DNA of 64,000 nt from an uncultured Nitrospiraceae bacterium (GTDB lineage: Bacteria > Nitrospirota > Thermodesulfovibrionia > Thermodesulfovibrionales > Dissulfurispiraceae), in the NCBI GenBank assembly GCA_963705105.1, contig CAVPIW010000006.1, positions 480,001-544,000 on the forward strand, read 5' to 3'. This document shows positions 50,236 through 59,059 of this stretch, in pieces. The notes beneath the pieces were generated by a model that did not search any database, was not told the DNA's origin, and saw nothing but the letters and a program-made list of their open reading frames with translations. Made by a program: the position numbers and the translations under genes. Within the stretch, counting starts at the first letter, position 1, and each line of letters starts with the position of its first letter.

Positions 50236-51606
50236 GAGGTCATGTCAATAGGTGTGTAAAAAGCCATCAGGCGGCGAACCTTTCGACAGACTCTTCCTGC
50301 TCGACGGCAATGCCGTCTGTGAAGAGTTTCCCCTCGTGGACATCCCTCAGTAACCAATATCCCTTGAGCCTGCGGAATCTCTTCTCAGCGACTCCCAGCA
50401 ACTTCCAGATCATCGCCGTCGCGTTTTGGACTTTCCTATACCGCTTCGCCGCATCCGTTCTCAAACGCACCGCGCTGAACGGTGACTCCACCACATTGGT
50501 CGTCCTGATATGCACCCAGTGCTCTTTCGGCAATGAATAGAACGTCACCATTCGCTCCCAATCTCTCCTCAGGGTCTCCGTCGCCTTCGGAAAATCCCTC
50601 CCATACCGGCTGATAAAGCTGTCCCTGAGCCTCTCACACTCTGCCTGCGTCTCTGCATAGGGGATCTTGGTGAGATACTCGCCTGCCTCGGCACGTATCC
50701 TCTTGGGCATCGCATCCAGCACGTTGGTTATCTTATGGTTCCAACACCTCTGCTCCTTGCCCTCGGGATGAAGCTCTCCCAACGCTGACCATATCCCCAA
50801 ATGACCATCGGCAACCGTCAATGTGCCCAGCTTCAGTCCCCGAGCGGTCAGATCCCTCAGGACCCCTGCCCAGGATTCCTTGCTCTCCCGATACCCGCTC
50901 TCGCAGGCCAGCAGGATCTTTTCCCCCGTAACCAACGCCCCGATGATCACCAGCAATGCTGCTTTGTCTTTCTCCAACCCGGCCTTCACGTATATCCCGT
51001 CCGCCCACTGATAGACGACCTCAAGCCCGGAAAGATCCCGAGCCTTCCACTCGTCGTATTCGCACTGCCATTTGCCCTTCAGCCGCTGGATCGACGAGGA
51101 CGACAGCGGCGCCCCTTCTCCCAATAACCCCCGAAGCGCTAAATCAAAATCCCCCTGCGCCAGTCCGTGGAGATACAATTCCGGCAGTAACTGCCCCACT
51201 TCTTTTGACCGACGTATGAATAACGGCAGGACCTTGCTCTCAAATCGCTCCTCCGCTCCCCGCACACGGGGCCGTCGGACCGTGATCGTCCCGTTCATCA
51301 GCGTGAACTTCTTCCCCTTCCCGTGTCCGTTCCAATACCCCCGCTTGCTATCCACCTTCTTGATCCTCTCGGATTTCTTCCTCCCTAAAAAGATCTCGAC
51401 TTCCTCTTCCAGTATGTCTTGAATGTATTCCTGGACTCTCTGCCGAACTATCCCTTCCAATGCCTCGTACGTCGCCCTTGACGGCTCAACTGCCTCGGTG
51501 ATACTCTTGTCCATGGTGGTGTCTCCTTTCTCTTTGTTGATTCCAGGTCAACTGATTAAGGATACACCGCCTTCTCACTCATTTACACACTTTTTGATCT
51601 TACCTC
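50236..51606 (-). mobile_element. IS256-family insertion sequence
   Basis: 25-bp imperfect IRs GAGGTCATGTCAATAGGTGTGTAAA / GAGGTAAGATCAAAAAGTGTGTAAA; 9-bp TSD GTGATCTGC at 50227-50235 and 51607-51615. Confidence 0.95.
50267..51514 (-). CDS. IS256 (Mutator-type) transposase
   Basis: WADGIY, VADG, QRCWNHK, RTTNVVES DDE motifs. Confidence 0.95.
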   Translation of the reverse strand: MDKSITEAVEPSRATYEALEGIVRQRVQEYIQDILEEEVEIFLGRKKSERIKKVDSKRGYWNGHGKGKKFTLMNGTITVRRPRVRGAEERFESKVLPLFIRRSKEVGQLLPELYLHGLAQGDFDLALRGLLGEGAPLSSSSIQRLKGKWQCEYDEWKARDLSGLEVVYQWADGIYVKAGLEKDKAALLVIIGALVTGEKILLACESGYRESKESWAGVLRDLTARGLKLGTLTVADGHLGIWSALGELHPEGKEQRCWNHKITNVLDAMPKRIRAEAGEYLTKIPYAETQAECERLRDSFISRYGRDFPKATETLRRDWERMVTFYSLPKEHWVHIRTTNVVESPFSAVRLRTDAAKRYRKVQNATAMIWKLLGVAEKRFRRLKGYWLLRDVHEGKLFTDGIAVEQEESVERFAA

Positions 51607-51795
51607 GTGATCTGCTCGCGAAACATCCTGGGCAGCTATAAGAGCTGCGCTGTTAAACAGTTCCGGATCGAGCGGCCTACGGAAAGAAATATTCCGCAGA
51701 TTTATCGAAGGCTGTGAACTACCTGCGCCTTGATCTTGTCGATGCCCCTGTTGCGGACGATTTTGACGGTTCTCGTACTGCATTGCGATCCTCCT

Positions 51796-54567
51796 TTAGT
51801 CTCGTTCCTGATAGAGATATGTGAATAGTGTAATCTTGTAAGCGTTTTGGTGCTTCTCGATGCCTTCGATTTTTATCTCACGCGCCAGATTCTCCAGCAG
51901 TTGTTGTCGTTGCCTTTCACGTTCAGCGCGGTCGCTCACATCCCTATACCGAGTTTCCGCAAACCGTCTCGTCCTGTAACGAAAATAAGAGTGCCATATA
52001 GCATTTTCTGGCCGTTCATTTACCTTGCCTGCCATTTCTGTCAAATGAAGCAGGCCGTAAAGATAACCTTTTGAAAGCGCATACTCGTCAGTTACCTTTC
52101 GCAGGTCCTTTTCACGTTCCATGAGCAGGTCGAACTGAGCCCAGGTAACCGGCTGGTCAAAGGACGCAACGGCATTCTTAGGAGCTGGCTGGACTTTATT
52201 TGGATTATGTGTTTTGGCTTTTTCCAATGCCTCTTCTGCCAATATTGCCATGTGCCGAATGGGAAATCCCGGTTTCGTCATGGAAAAACCTACAGAAAAA
52301 TGGATATCTTGGTTTTCAGCAACGTATCGCACAAACTCGTTTTTCAACCGCTGTGCAAGTTTGATCATAGAAAGCCATGGTCCGATCAGAAAAAAATCAT
52401 CACCACCGGCAAATACGGTATAGGTGTTCGGAAATTCATTCTTACATAGCCATGGAAGATAGACAGTGAAAAAGGAATTCATCTGCCTCGATAGGGCAGC
52501 CATCTTGGCAAAAGTCGGATTATGCAGGCCCGTTTGAAATATCTTACCCAGATTGTCCACGTCGCCTTTAAAAGTCATCAACGCCTCAACTCCAATCCAT
52601 TCATCTGTCTCATCATTAAGATGCTGATCATCCCTTGCGAGGTGATTCAAGGTTTTTGGTGTTCCAATGCGTTCGTTTTCCCGATCATCTTTACTCATGC
52701 CTTCGTATCGTCTCAAAAAGGCATTATTCAACTCTGCGCTCTTAAATCGTGGAACAAACCCATTGATGTTGCGACGTGCATATCCATCCCAGAGGGGAGC
52801 ATCTGCGTCTTCTGGCAAACTGAAATCCCACGCTCGCAATAGGTTGCCAGAACTTGCCTCATTCCCGAACTTGCCGGATCGTTCTTCTTCCCGTGTAAAG
52901 AGAAGATGGTAGCCGAAAATGGGCAACTCAGTCTTATGAAGACTCTGTCCTTCTGCACGCGGGGTTATCGGTTCACCTGTTACGAGCAAACGATCTTCCG
53001 TGACAAGCCATTTTCCAACTTGAATTTGATCGAATGCGAGTGTACTCACCCATACATCTTTCTCGATTTCTCTTGTAGCTGGAGAACGTCCGTCAATCTG
53101 ACATTCACGGTGTACGAATCGATCCAGAAAACCGTGAAATACCGATATGGCAGGCTTCCTGCCACATAACTCGAATCGTTGCATCTTTGCTGTCTCTAAT
53201 TGCTCGAACAATTTTTTCATTAAATTGCGGAAAGGAGACTGTCCTCCGTCTGCTTGCCGAAAATCGCGCGCGGCTGCCGGTAACCAAGCAAGCCCCACCC
53301 CGGATTGTCCCCATGTGTTGGATAGAAACCATTCCTCCAACTCTGCTTGAACGCCATGAAGTCGATCGATTGTCTCTTTGGTGTTGTGAGCGACGATGAG
53401 AAATTTGCCCGCGGCATTAACGACTTGTGACGTTGACGGCAGATTGAGCACGTCGAGCACTTTGAGGGCAGCAAGTTCTGTCAGTAAAGAAACGTAAAAC
53501 GAACGACCACGAAGCAGTTTTGCGGCACTTTTTTGTGTCTGCCCACCTTGGGCAAATATGAAATTCTGTATGCCGAAGAAATCGCCCTGTACGAGTAGGT
53601 ATTTTTCTTCATTCCAGGCATCCATTGCCTCTGGCGTGTGCTCACGTTCTTTATCCCATTGCACGCGCAGTTGTTCACGCACAATTTCTGATGCGTGGCC
53701 TAAATCATGATGATACCGCCACAACCCAACGGCAAGTGCTGCGGTAGCCTTGGAATGGTCAAAAAGTGATACATCTGGACGTACCTTGCCTGAGATGCCG
53801 GTAGTGGCAGAGGGGATCGCATGGGTAAAGACAAGCCAGAGACTCTCGAAATGGTCAAGCCATAGGGGAAGATTACTTCGATGGCTTACGGGTATTTTAG
53901 CGAGTGCCTGTTTGAATATATTCCATAGATTGAGGTATTCATGCTGAGCAGCTACATTGTCAGGCTTTGCAGTCTTGTCAATTGCCGCGGGGTATATGGC
54001 GCGTGGTGAAAATGGTTTGAGAGGGTATCGCCACACACTTGTTTCCGGGCGTTCAGTAAGACGAATGCGCTCAAAAAGAGTTTCCTGACGGACCGTGTAA
54101 TGTGTAAGTTCGGGGTCTTTTGTTTCGTCTATAGCAGCATTATAGACATCAAAGGTCTCACGTTCGAATCCGGAAGCCAGCCGATCAGCTGTGGCAATGA
54201 TCCATTGTAGACAGGTGTCGGGTCTATGATGTTTGGATGCTGCGTTTATGATCGAATCATCAGCACCCTTATCTTTCCATGGAGCAAAAGGATTCATTTC
54301 TTCACCGACGATGTCAGGCAGATGCTCTTCAAGTATATCCATACCAATTGCCGTATATGCGCTATGGACGTGTGTACGTCGCCCTCCGTATTCCGGGCAA
54401 TAAAGTCCCTCATTTATCGACTGTCGCATATTGCCTTCGGCATCCTTGATCCGAGCCTCAGGAATGCGAGATCGTTCAGCAAATTTGCCTAAATCATGCA
54501 GCAAAGCCGCCAGTGCCATGCGGCTCGATGCATCAAGGATTTTTTTATCGCTCACCGTGTCCTCCAT
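51796..54567 (-). CDS. cas10: Cas10/Csm1 with HD nuclease and intact Palm2 cyclase motif
   Basis: ALLHDLGK, QGDFFGIQNFI, KGDVDNLG, VFAGGDDFF. Confidence 0.97.
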   Translation of the reverse strand: MEDTVSDKKILDASSRMALAALLHDLGKFAERSRIPEARIKDAEGNMRQSINEGLYCPEYGGRRTHVHSAYTAIGMDILEEHLPDIVGEEMNPFAPWKDKGADDSIINAASKHHRPDTCLQWIIATADRLASGFERETFDVYNAAIDETKDPELTHYTVRQETLFERIRLTERPETSVWRYPLKPFSPRAIYPAAIDKTAKPDNVAAQHEYLNLWNIFKQALAKIPVSHRSNLPLWLDHFESLWLVFTHAIPSATTGISGKVRPDVSLFDHSKATAALAVGLWRYHHDLGHASEIVREQLRVQWDKEREHTPEAMDAWNEEKYLLVQGDFFGIQNFIFAQGGQTQKSAAKLLRGRSFYVSLLTELAALKVLDVLNLPSTSQVVNAAGKFLIVAHNTKETIDRLHGVQAELEEWFLSNTWGQSGVGLAWLPAAARDFRQADGGQSPFRNLMKKLFEQLETAKMQRFELCGRKPAISVFHGFLDRFVHRECQIDGRSPATREIEKDVWVSTLAFDQIQVGKWLVTEDRLLVTGEPITPRAEGQSLHKTELPIFGYHLLFTREEERSGKFGNEASSGNLLRAWDFSLPEDADAPLWDGYARRNINGFVPRFKSAELNNAFLRRYEGMSKDDRENERIGTPKTLNHLARDDQHLNDETDEWIGVEALMTFKGDVDNLGKIFQTGLHNPTFAKMAALSRQMNSFFTVYLPWLCKNEFPNTYTVFAGGDDFFLIGPWLSMIKLAQRLKNEFVRYVAENQDIHFSVGFSMTKPGFPIRHMAILAEEALEKAKTHNPNKVQPAPKNAVASFDQPVTWAQFDLLMEREKDLRKVTDEYALSKGYLYGLLHLTEMAGKVNERPENAIWHSYFRYRTRRFAETRYRDVSDRAERERQRQQLLENLAREIKIEGIEKHQNAYKITLFTYLYQERD

Positions 54568-54708
54568 TGTCCCTTCTGCTCGGCATCGCCGAGAAAGGCT
54601 GGTGTTACAAACTGAACTTTGTAGGTCAATTTTTTCATCGTACGCTCCACGTTCTAATGCTTTTTACAGCCACAAAAATTACTGTGCCACCATTGACAGT
54701 TCTTGTCC

Positions 54709-54831
54709 TCATCTCATCAAATAGATGTCCGCCGTTGCCCGCGGGATTCCATAGAGATTGACGGCAATTCCCCCCGTGACGAGGTACCGAACGGAGTGAT
54801 CATTCAATATGCGGAAGAACTCCCTAGGCCC
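54709..54831 (-). pseudogene. N-terminal remnant of a nucleotidyltransferase
   Basis: Hand translation EFFRILNDHSVRYLVTGGIAVNLYGIPRATADIYLMR*; GG.A...G..R.T.D motif; no start codon, early stop. Confidence 0.6.
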
Positions 54832-54881
54832 TCACTGTCAGCTATGTCGGGTGTTTCTGCTCATCGAGCAGATGTGATCAC

Positions 54882-56036
54882 CTATTCTATCCATATCTTC
54901 CCCTTATCCACCCTCACCCCGTATTTGCTCACTGCGTACCTGCGGTCGCTCGTCACGACATAGTACGGTAAAAGCGTCTGATCGCTCAAATGGTCTTTGA
55001 AGGCCCCTTTGATTTTCGTGATGATCTGCCGCAGCAGCTCCTGCCTGAGGCCTTCGGGGTGCTTGCCGAGCAGCTCCTCGACGACGAACTTCTTCTGCCT
55101 GTAGATGACCGCATAGTCTTTCGCCATTTCTTCCAGGGCGGGCCGTGTCGTCAGCTCGGCCAGCGACAGGTAACAGCCCTTGCAGTCATGACAGTAAGGC
55201 CGGTCCGGGTATTTGCAGTGTTCCGTTTTCTGCCTGAGGAACATCGTGTAGAGCATGAGCTGCATGGGCACCATCTCGACGAGGGTTTCGCCGACATAGG
55301 TCGTGCCGTCCGGCAGGCTGACCTTCACTTCCGGCTGGATCATGGCGATGTCGATCTCGCGCTGCCCCTCGTTCACGAGTTCATGAAAACTCTTCGCGTG
55401 GAGGGAGAGCTTACCGCCGAGGCGTACAAAAGGCAGTTCGGCGAGGACTACCTCCGCGTCGTTCGTGTTCAGGCTCCGGGCGGTTCCGTCAGGCATCCTG
55501 CACTCGATGACTGTGTTCTCTCTCGGTTTATAGAAGAAGTTGGGATTGGACTCGAACTCGGGGGTGACGAGCACGTGATAAAGCCTGTCCCAGGGCCTGC
55601 CGAAAAGCTGAAGGGCGGCGCCGAGGTAGAAGCTCATCGTCTTGCGCCCCCCGGCCAGAGAGCAGTGGAGCCTGAGACCCTGGTCGGCGGTCTTCTCCCT
55701 GATCAGGGCCGTAACGAGGTCGCCGAGGGCTTCGTTGTCCGCCGCCGTCTTGATGTCGGCCAGTTCCCTGCCGGACCTGTCTTTGACAAGCAGTATTCCT
55801 GAAGGATCGATGTGCAGGCCGGGAATGCCGTAATCCGCAGCGAGCCGGGCGAGAACACCATCATGGATGAGCGCATCTTCGAGTCTATCTTTTCCTGTTG
55901 TCGTGGTGACGACATTGATCTCGTCAGGGTGAACAGGGGGCTTCCGCTGCGACAGGGCGTAAATGGTCTCCGTCACGATCTGAGGCGTCGACCCGACCAC
56001 GAAGACAAGGCATTCTCTGTATCCTGTCCCGTTCAT
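54882..56036 (-). CDS. NE0113-family (TIGR02584-like) CARF protein with C-terminal Cys-rich winged-HTH-like domain
   Basis: VVGSTPQIVTET, SLAGGRKTMS, DRLYHVLV..FE; C-terminal CKYPDRPYCHDCKGC and LRQIITKIK...YG. Confidence 0.85.
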   Translation of the reverse strand: MNGTGYRECLVFVVGSTPQIVTETIYALSQRKPPVHPDEINVVTTTTGKDRLEDALIHDGVLARLAADYGIPGLHIDPSGILLVKDRSGRELADIKTAADNEALGDLVTALIREKTADQGLRLHCSLAGGRKTMSFYLGAALQLFGRPWDRLYHVLVTPEFESNPNFFYKPRENTVIECRMPDGTARSLNTNDAEVVLAELPFVRLGGKLSLHAKSFHELVNEGQREIDIAMIQPEVKVSLPDGTTYVGETLVEMVPMQLMLYTMFLRQKTEHCKYPDRPYCHDCKGCYLSLAELTTRPALEEMAKDYAVIYRQKKFVVEELLGKHPEGLRQELLRQIITKIKGAFKDHLSDQTLLPYYVVTSDRRYAVSKYGVRVDKGKIWIE

Positions 56037-56042
56037 GCATTA

Positions 56043-56097
56043 ATTGTATGGAAATCGCAGCCAGCGTGCAAGGGATGAAATATTTCTGAAATGTTTC
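56043..56097 (-). promoter_or_regulatory. Leaderless promoter of the CARF-wHTH gene with palindromic operator
   Basis: Operator GAAATATTTC-T-GAAATGTTTC (56077-56097), 5 bp, TTGCAC-17-TACAAT, 6 nt, ATG. Confidence 0.7.
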
Positions 56098-56197
56098 ACA
56101 CATGCATCGCCCTGTCGTATACCCCTCGTCGGGTTTAAACTCAAACTGCGTGCGATCCGGGCCATGCATGTGGATCGTGTGGCGGGAAGTGATGGCG

Positions 56198-57493
56198 TCA
56201 GGTACCGTTATACCGCTTGACGGATAACTTGAGGTCGGCGATTTCTGCGGGATCGTATCCCGAATAGAGACTGGAAAAGATCGTGTTGTTCGTGAGGAGC
56301 GGGTCGAGGTCGTCCGGGATAACGCCGGACCGGACGAGGTCGTCCCAGCACCGAGTCCCCTTGATCGGTGAAAACTCGGTCAGATGGATTGTGACCCCGA
56401 GGCCCTCCAGGAAGCGGACCCCTTCCCTGACCTCGTCCAGGCCCTGACCGGGCAGTCCATACATCAGGTAAACGCCGATCTCCTGCTTGGTAAAGCCCCG
56501 GGCCCTGAGGTTCTCCACGGCAGCCTCCACGTCGTCCCGCCTGACCTTGCCTCCCGTCCTGTCCAGTCTCTCCGCATCGACAGTCTCGAGGCTCAGCCGG
56601 ATCGTCCTGAACCCCGATTTCCGCATGAGACCAGCCAGTTCAAAGTCGAGATACCGCGCGTGCAGGCCGTTCGGCGTGTGAAACCGGCCACGTATGCCTG
56701 CCGACTGCACACCCCTGAGGATAGGTTTTATGTGATCATCGGGGTCGACAAGGAGTGCATCGTCGTAAAACGCGAAATCGCTTATGCCACGAGCGCTGTA
56801 ACCGGCGATCTCTTTCAGCACCAATGCCGGAGAGCATCGAACAAACCCTTCATTGAGAAGGGAAGCGGAGCAGTAAGAGCAGCGGAAGGGACAGCCCCGG
56901 GAGGTGAGCAGCGGTGCGAAAGATTGAGATGGTTGCGGTGCCGGGCTGCGCGGCTGCGACGCCTTTCTCCTTTTGGGCCTGAAACCGAAGGTCGAGAGAG
57001 CGAACAGGAACCCTCTCTCGACAGGCCCCGCATGGACGTAATCAGCGCCGGAGTAACGTGCGGCGTGTTCGCCGCAGAGCGTCGCGTAAATGCCGCCGAG
57101 CAGGACAGGCACATCGCCCAGGGTATCTCTCACGAGTTCAATGGCCTTTTGAACACCAGGATACCAGTACGTCATCAGGGATGTGACAAGAACAAAGTCG
57201 TAGGGCCCGGAAGCTCTCATCCTCCTGACGAAGTCATCGGTCCCGATGCCATATCTCTTGTACCGCCGGCGGATGTCCGCCAGGGGGGCGGGGTTGGCCA
57301 CCACCTCGCGGCGGTAACGGCCTTTGCCGTATTCCTGAATCGTGCCGGCGGCAGTACAGTCGATCAGGTCCATTTCGATATCGTAGTCGCTCAGGAATTC
57401 AGCGACACGGTACAGACCAAGGGGACAGGCCCACAGGTTATACGCTGCAAAGTCGCAGATCCATGGATTGATAAGGAGCGCTCTGAGCTTCAT
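56198..57493 (-). CDS. B12-binding radical SAM protein
   Basis: LLGGIYAT B12-binding region, TSRGCPFRCSYC, FYDD, TPNG. Confidence 0.9.
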   Translation of the reverse strand: MKLRALLINPWICDFAAYNLWACPLGLYRVAEFLSDYDIEMDLIDCTAAGTIQEYGKGRYRREVVANPAPLADIRRRYKRYGIGTDDFVRRMRASGPYDFVLVTSLMTYWYPGVQKAIELVRDTLGDVPVLLGGIYATLCGEHAARYSGADYVHAGPVERGFLFALSTFGFRPKRRKASQPRSPAPQPSQSFAPLLTSRGCPFRCSYCSASLLNEGFVRCSPALVLKEIAGYSARGISDFAFYDDALLVDPDDHIKPILRGVQSAGIRGRFHTPNGLHARYLDFELAGLMRKSGFRTIRLSLETVDAERLDRTGGKVRRDDVEAAVENLRARGFTKQEIGVYLMYGLPGQGLDEVREGVRFLEGLGVTIHLTEFSPIKGTRCWDDLVRSGVIPDDLDPLLTNNTIFSSLYSGYDPAEIADLKLSVKRYNGT

Positions 57494-57504
57494 CGCCTGT
57501 ATTA

Positions 57505-57682
57505 CAATAGGACATCGTGGAAGGCGGGGCGGAGATGCTGAAAAGCCTTGGTGCTGCGAAACCTATGCCTTCCCATACGGATCAATTCAGGCCAACGGCT
57601 GAAAAAAGTGAACCTTTTACTGACACTCACACTGACACTGTTTTGGAGCACTTTGTCCCGCCTTTGCATGCAACTGGAAGGT
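57505..57682 (+). mobile_element. MITE-like element, family A
   Basis: Homologous to 29491-29741; ends ...CACTTTGTCCCGCCTTTGCATGCAACTGGAAGGT. Confidence 0.65.
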
Positions 57683-57733
57683 TCACCTTGTCACCCTTCC
57701 CTTCCCCCGTCATTCTGCATCATAATACAAATC

Positions 57734-58597
57734 ATGGGCTACTATGAATTTATCCTGACCGTCGACGCCGAATCAACAGATGCGCTCGAGCAGCGGATGC
57801 ATCTCATGGGATGCCTCGGCATCGTTGAACAGGACGGGCGGATCATCGCCTATTTCCCCGACGTCCTCGGAATCGGGACGATCGTCGACGGAATCAACGA
57901 GTTCAGGCCCATACTGTCCCTGTCCGGCCTCGGCAGCAACCTCACCTTCCGGTATGAATTCATCTCTGAAAGGGATTGGAACGAGTCGTGGAAAAAGAAG
58001 TTTCAGCCCATCGACGTGGGAGCCAATCTTGTCATCCTTCCACCCTGGGCTCCCCCGAGGGAAGGCAGGATCAACATCATCATCGATCCGGGGATGGCCT
58101 TCGGAACGGGCCACCACGAGACGACAAAGACCTGTCTCCTGCTCATCGAAAAACTTTCCCGCAGGCTCCGGCGCGGGAGATTCCTCGACGTCGGCACAGG
58201 GACGGGGATTCTCGCCATCGGCGCCGCGAAGCTGGGTTTCCGCGAGGTTGTGGGCGTTGACACCGATCCTCTCGCCGTCGACGCGGCCCTCAGAAACATG
58301 ACGCTCAACGGGATCGGCAATGCCGTGATGCTGCCCGGCACGATAACGGAGGCATCAGGGAGATACGATCTGATCGCCGCAAACCTGATGTCCGACATCC
58401 TGATCGGCGTCGCCCCGGACATCGCCGCACGGCTCGAACCACGGGGAAGGGCGCTCCTGTCGGGCATGATCGCCGGTCAGGAGGAAGACGTCATGCCGGC
58501 GATGGACAGGGCGGGGTTGCGATGCATGAAGGTTATCCCCGACGGGCGATGGGTGTCGCTCGTCATGACTCACAAAAAGGACCGCTCTCTGTCCTGA
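57734..58597 (+). CDS. prmA: Ribosomal protein L11 methyltransferase
   Basis: DWNESWKK, IDPGMAFGTGHHETT, LDVGTGTGILAI, ANL. Confidence 0.95.
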   Translation: MGYYEFILTVDAESTDALEQRMHLMGCLGIVEQDGRIIAYFPDVLGIGTIVDGINEFRPILSLSGLGSNLTFRYEFISERDWNESWKKKFQPIDVGANLVILPPWAPPREGRINIIIDPGMAFGTGHHETTKTCLLLIEKLSRRLRRGRFLDVGTGTGILAIGAAKLGFREVVGVDTDPLAVDAALRNMTLNGIGNAVMLPGTITEASGRYDLIAANLMSDILIGVAPDIAARLEPRGRALLSGMIAGQEEDVMPAMDRAGLRCMKVIPDGRWVSLVMTHKKDRSLS

Positions 58598-58598
58598 A

Positions 58599-58943
58599 TC
58601 AACCCGTCCCCGTGATCTTTCTTCTCTCCTGGCCCGTGTACCCCCCGCCTCTGCCGATCCGGACGGGGTCGCAGCCCAGGGTCACCCAGCCGCTGGACCG
58701 GTAGAATTTCCTGATCTTGGCGTCGAAGATCAGAGCATCGAGAGCGGCTTCGTCGACAAGCGCCATGGTCTTGTCTTCATACTCGACACGGATGCGGCGG
58801 GGACCCTGGATTGTATAATGGGGGCAGCGCCTGAACTCGCTGTTCGAACAGTACTGCTGCCTCTCGGCAACGCTCGGGATGTAGGTCGCAACCTGGGAAA
58901 GACAGATACCGCAGTACTCCTCAACGAAAAAATGGCAGGTCAT
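58599..58943 (-). CDS. Hypothetical protein: Cys-rich N-terminus plus GSU3473-like C-terminal domain
   Basis: IRVEYED...LDALI....IRKFYRSSGWVTLGCDPVR...YTGQERR; GGAGG SD. Confidence 0.65.
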   Translation of the reverse strand: MTCHFFVEEYCGICLSQVATYIPSVAERQQYCSNSEFRRCPHYTIQGPRRIRVEYEDKTMALVDEAALDALIFDAKIRKFYRSSGWVTLGCDPVRIGRGGGYTGQERRKITGTG

Positions 58944-59059
58944 GACAGACCCTCCTTTCCGTTCGACCGAGCCTTCGGCTCCATCGAGGACGTGAGGCGC
59001 ATCATGCTAAATCAACTTCTAATTAATAGATACCACAGAATGGGGCCAATGTCAACTCA

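Larger units (their letters stand above)
49945..51783 (-). pseudogene. csm2: csm2 interrupted by IS256 (pieces 51783-51607 and 50226-49945 rejoin to 152 aa)
   Basis: Removing the IS and one TSD gives ..AAQDVSRADH-NRNKTTQLRRFYDEL..AKIAYAEGR..FWEAFIGFYK in frame. Confidence 0.92.
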
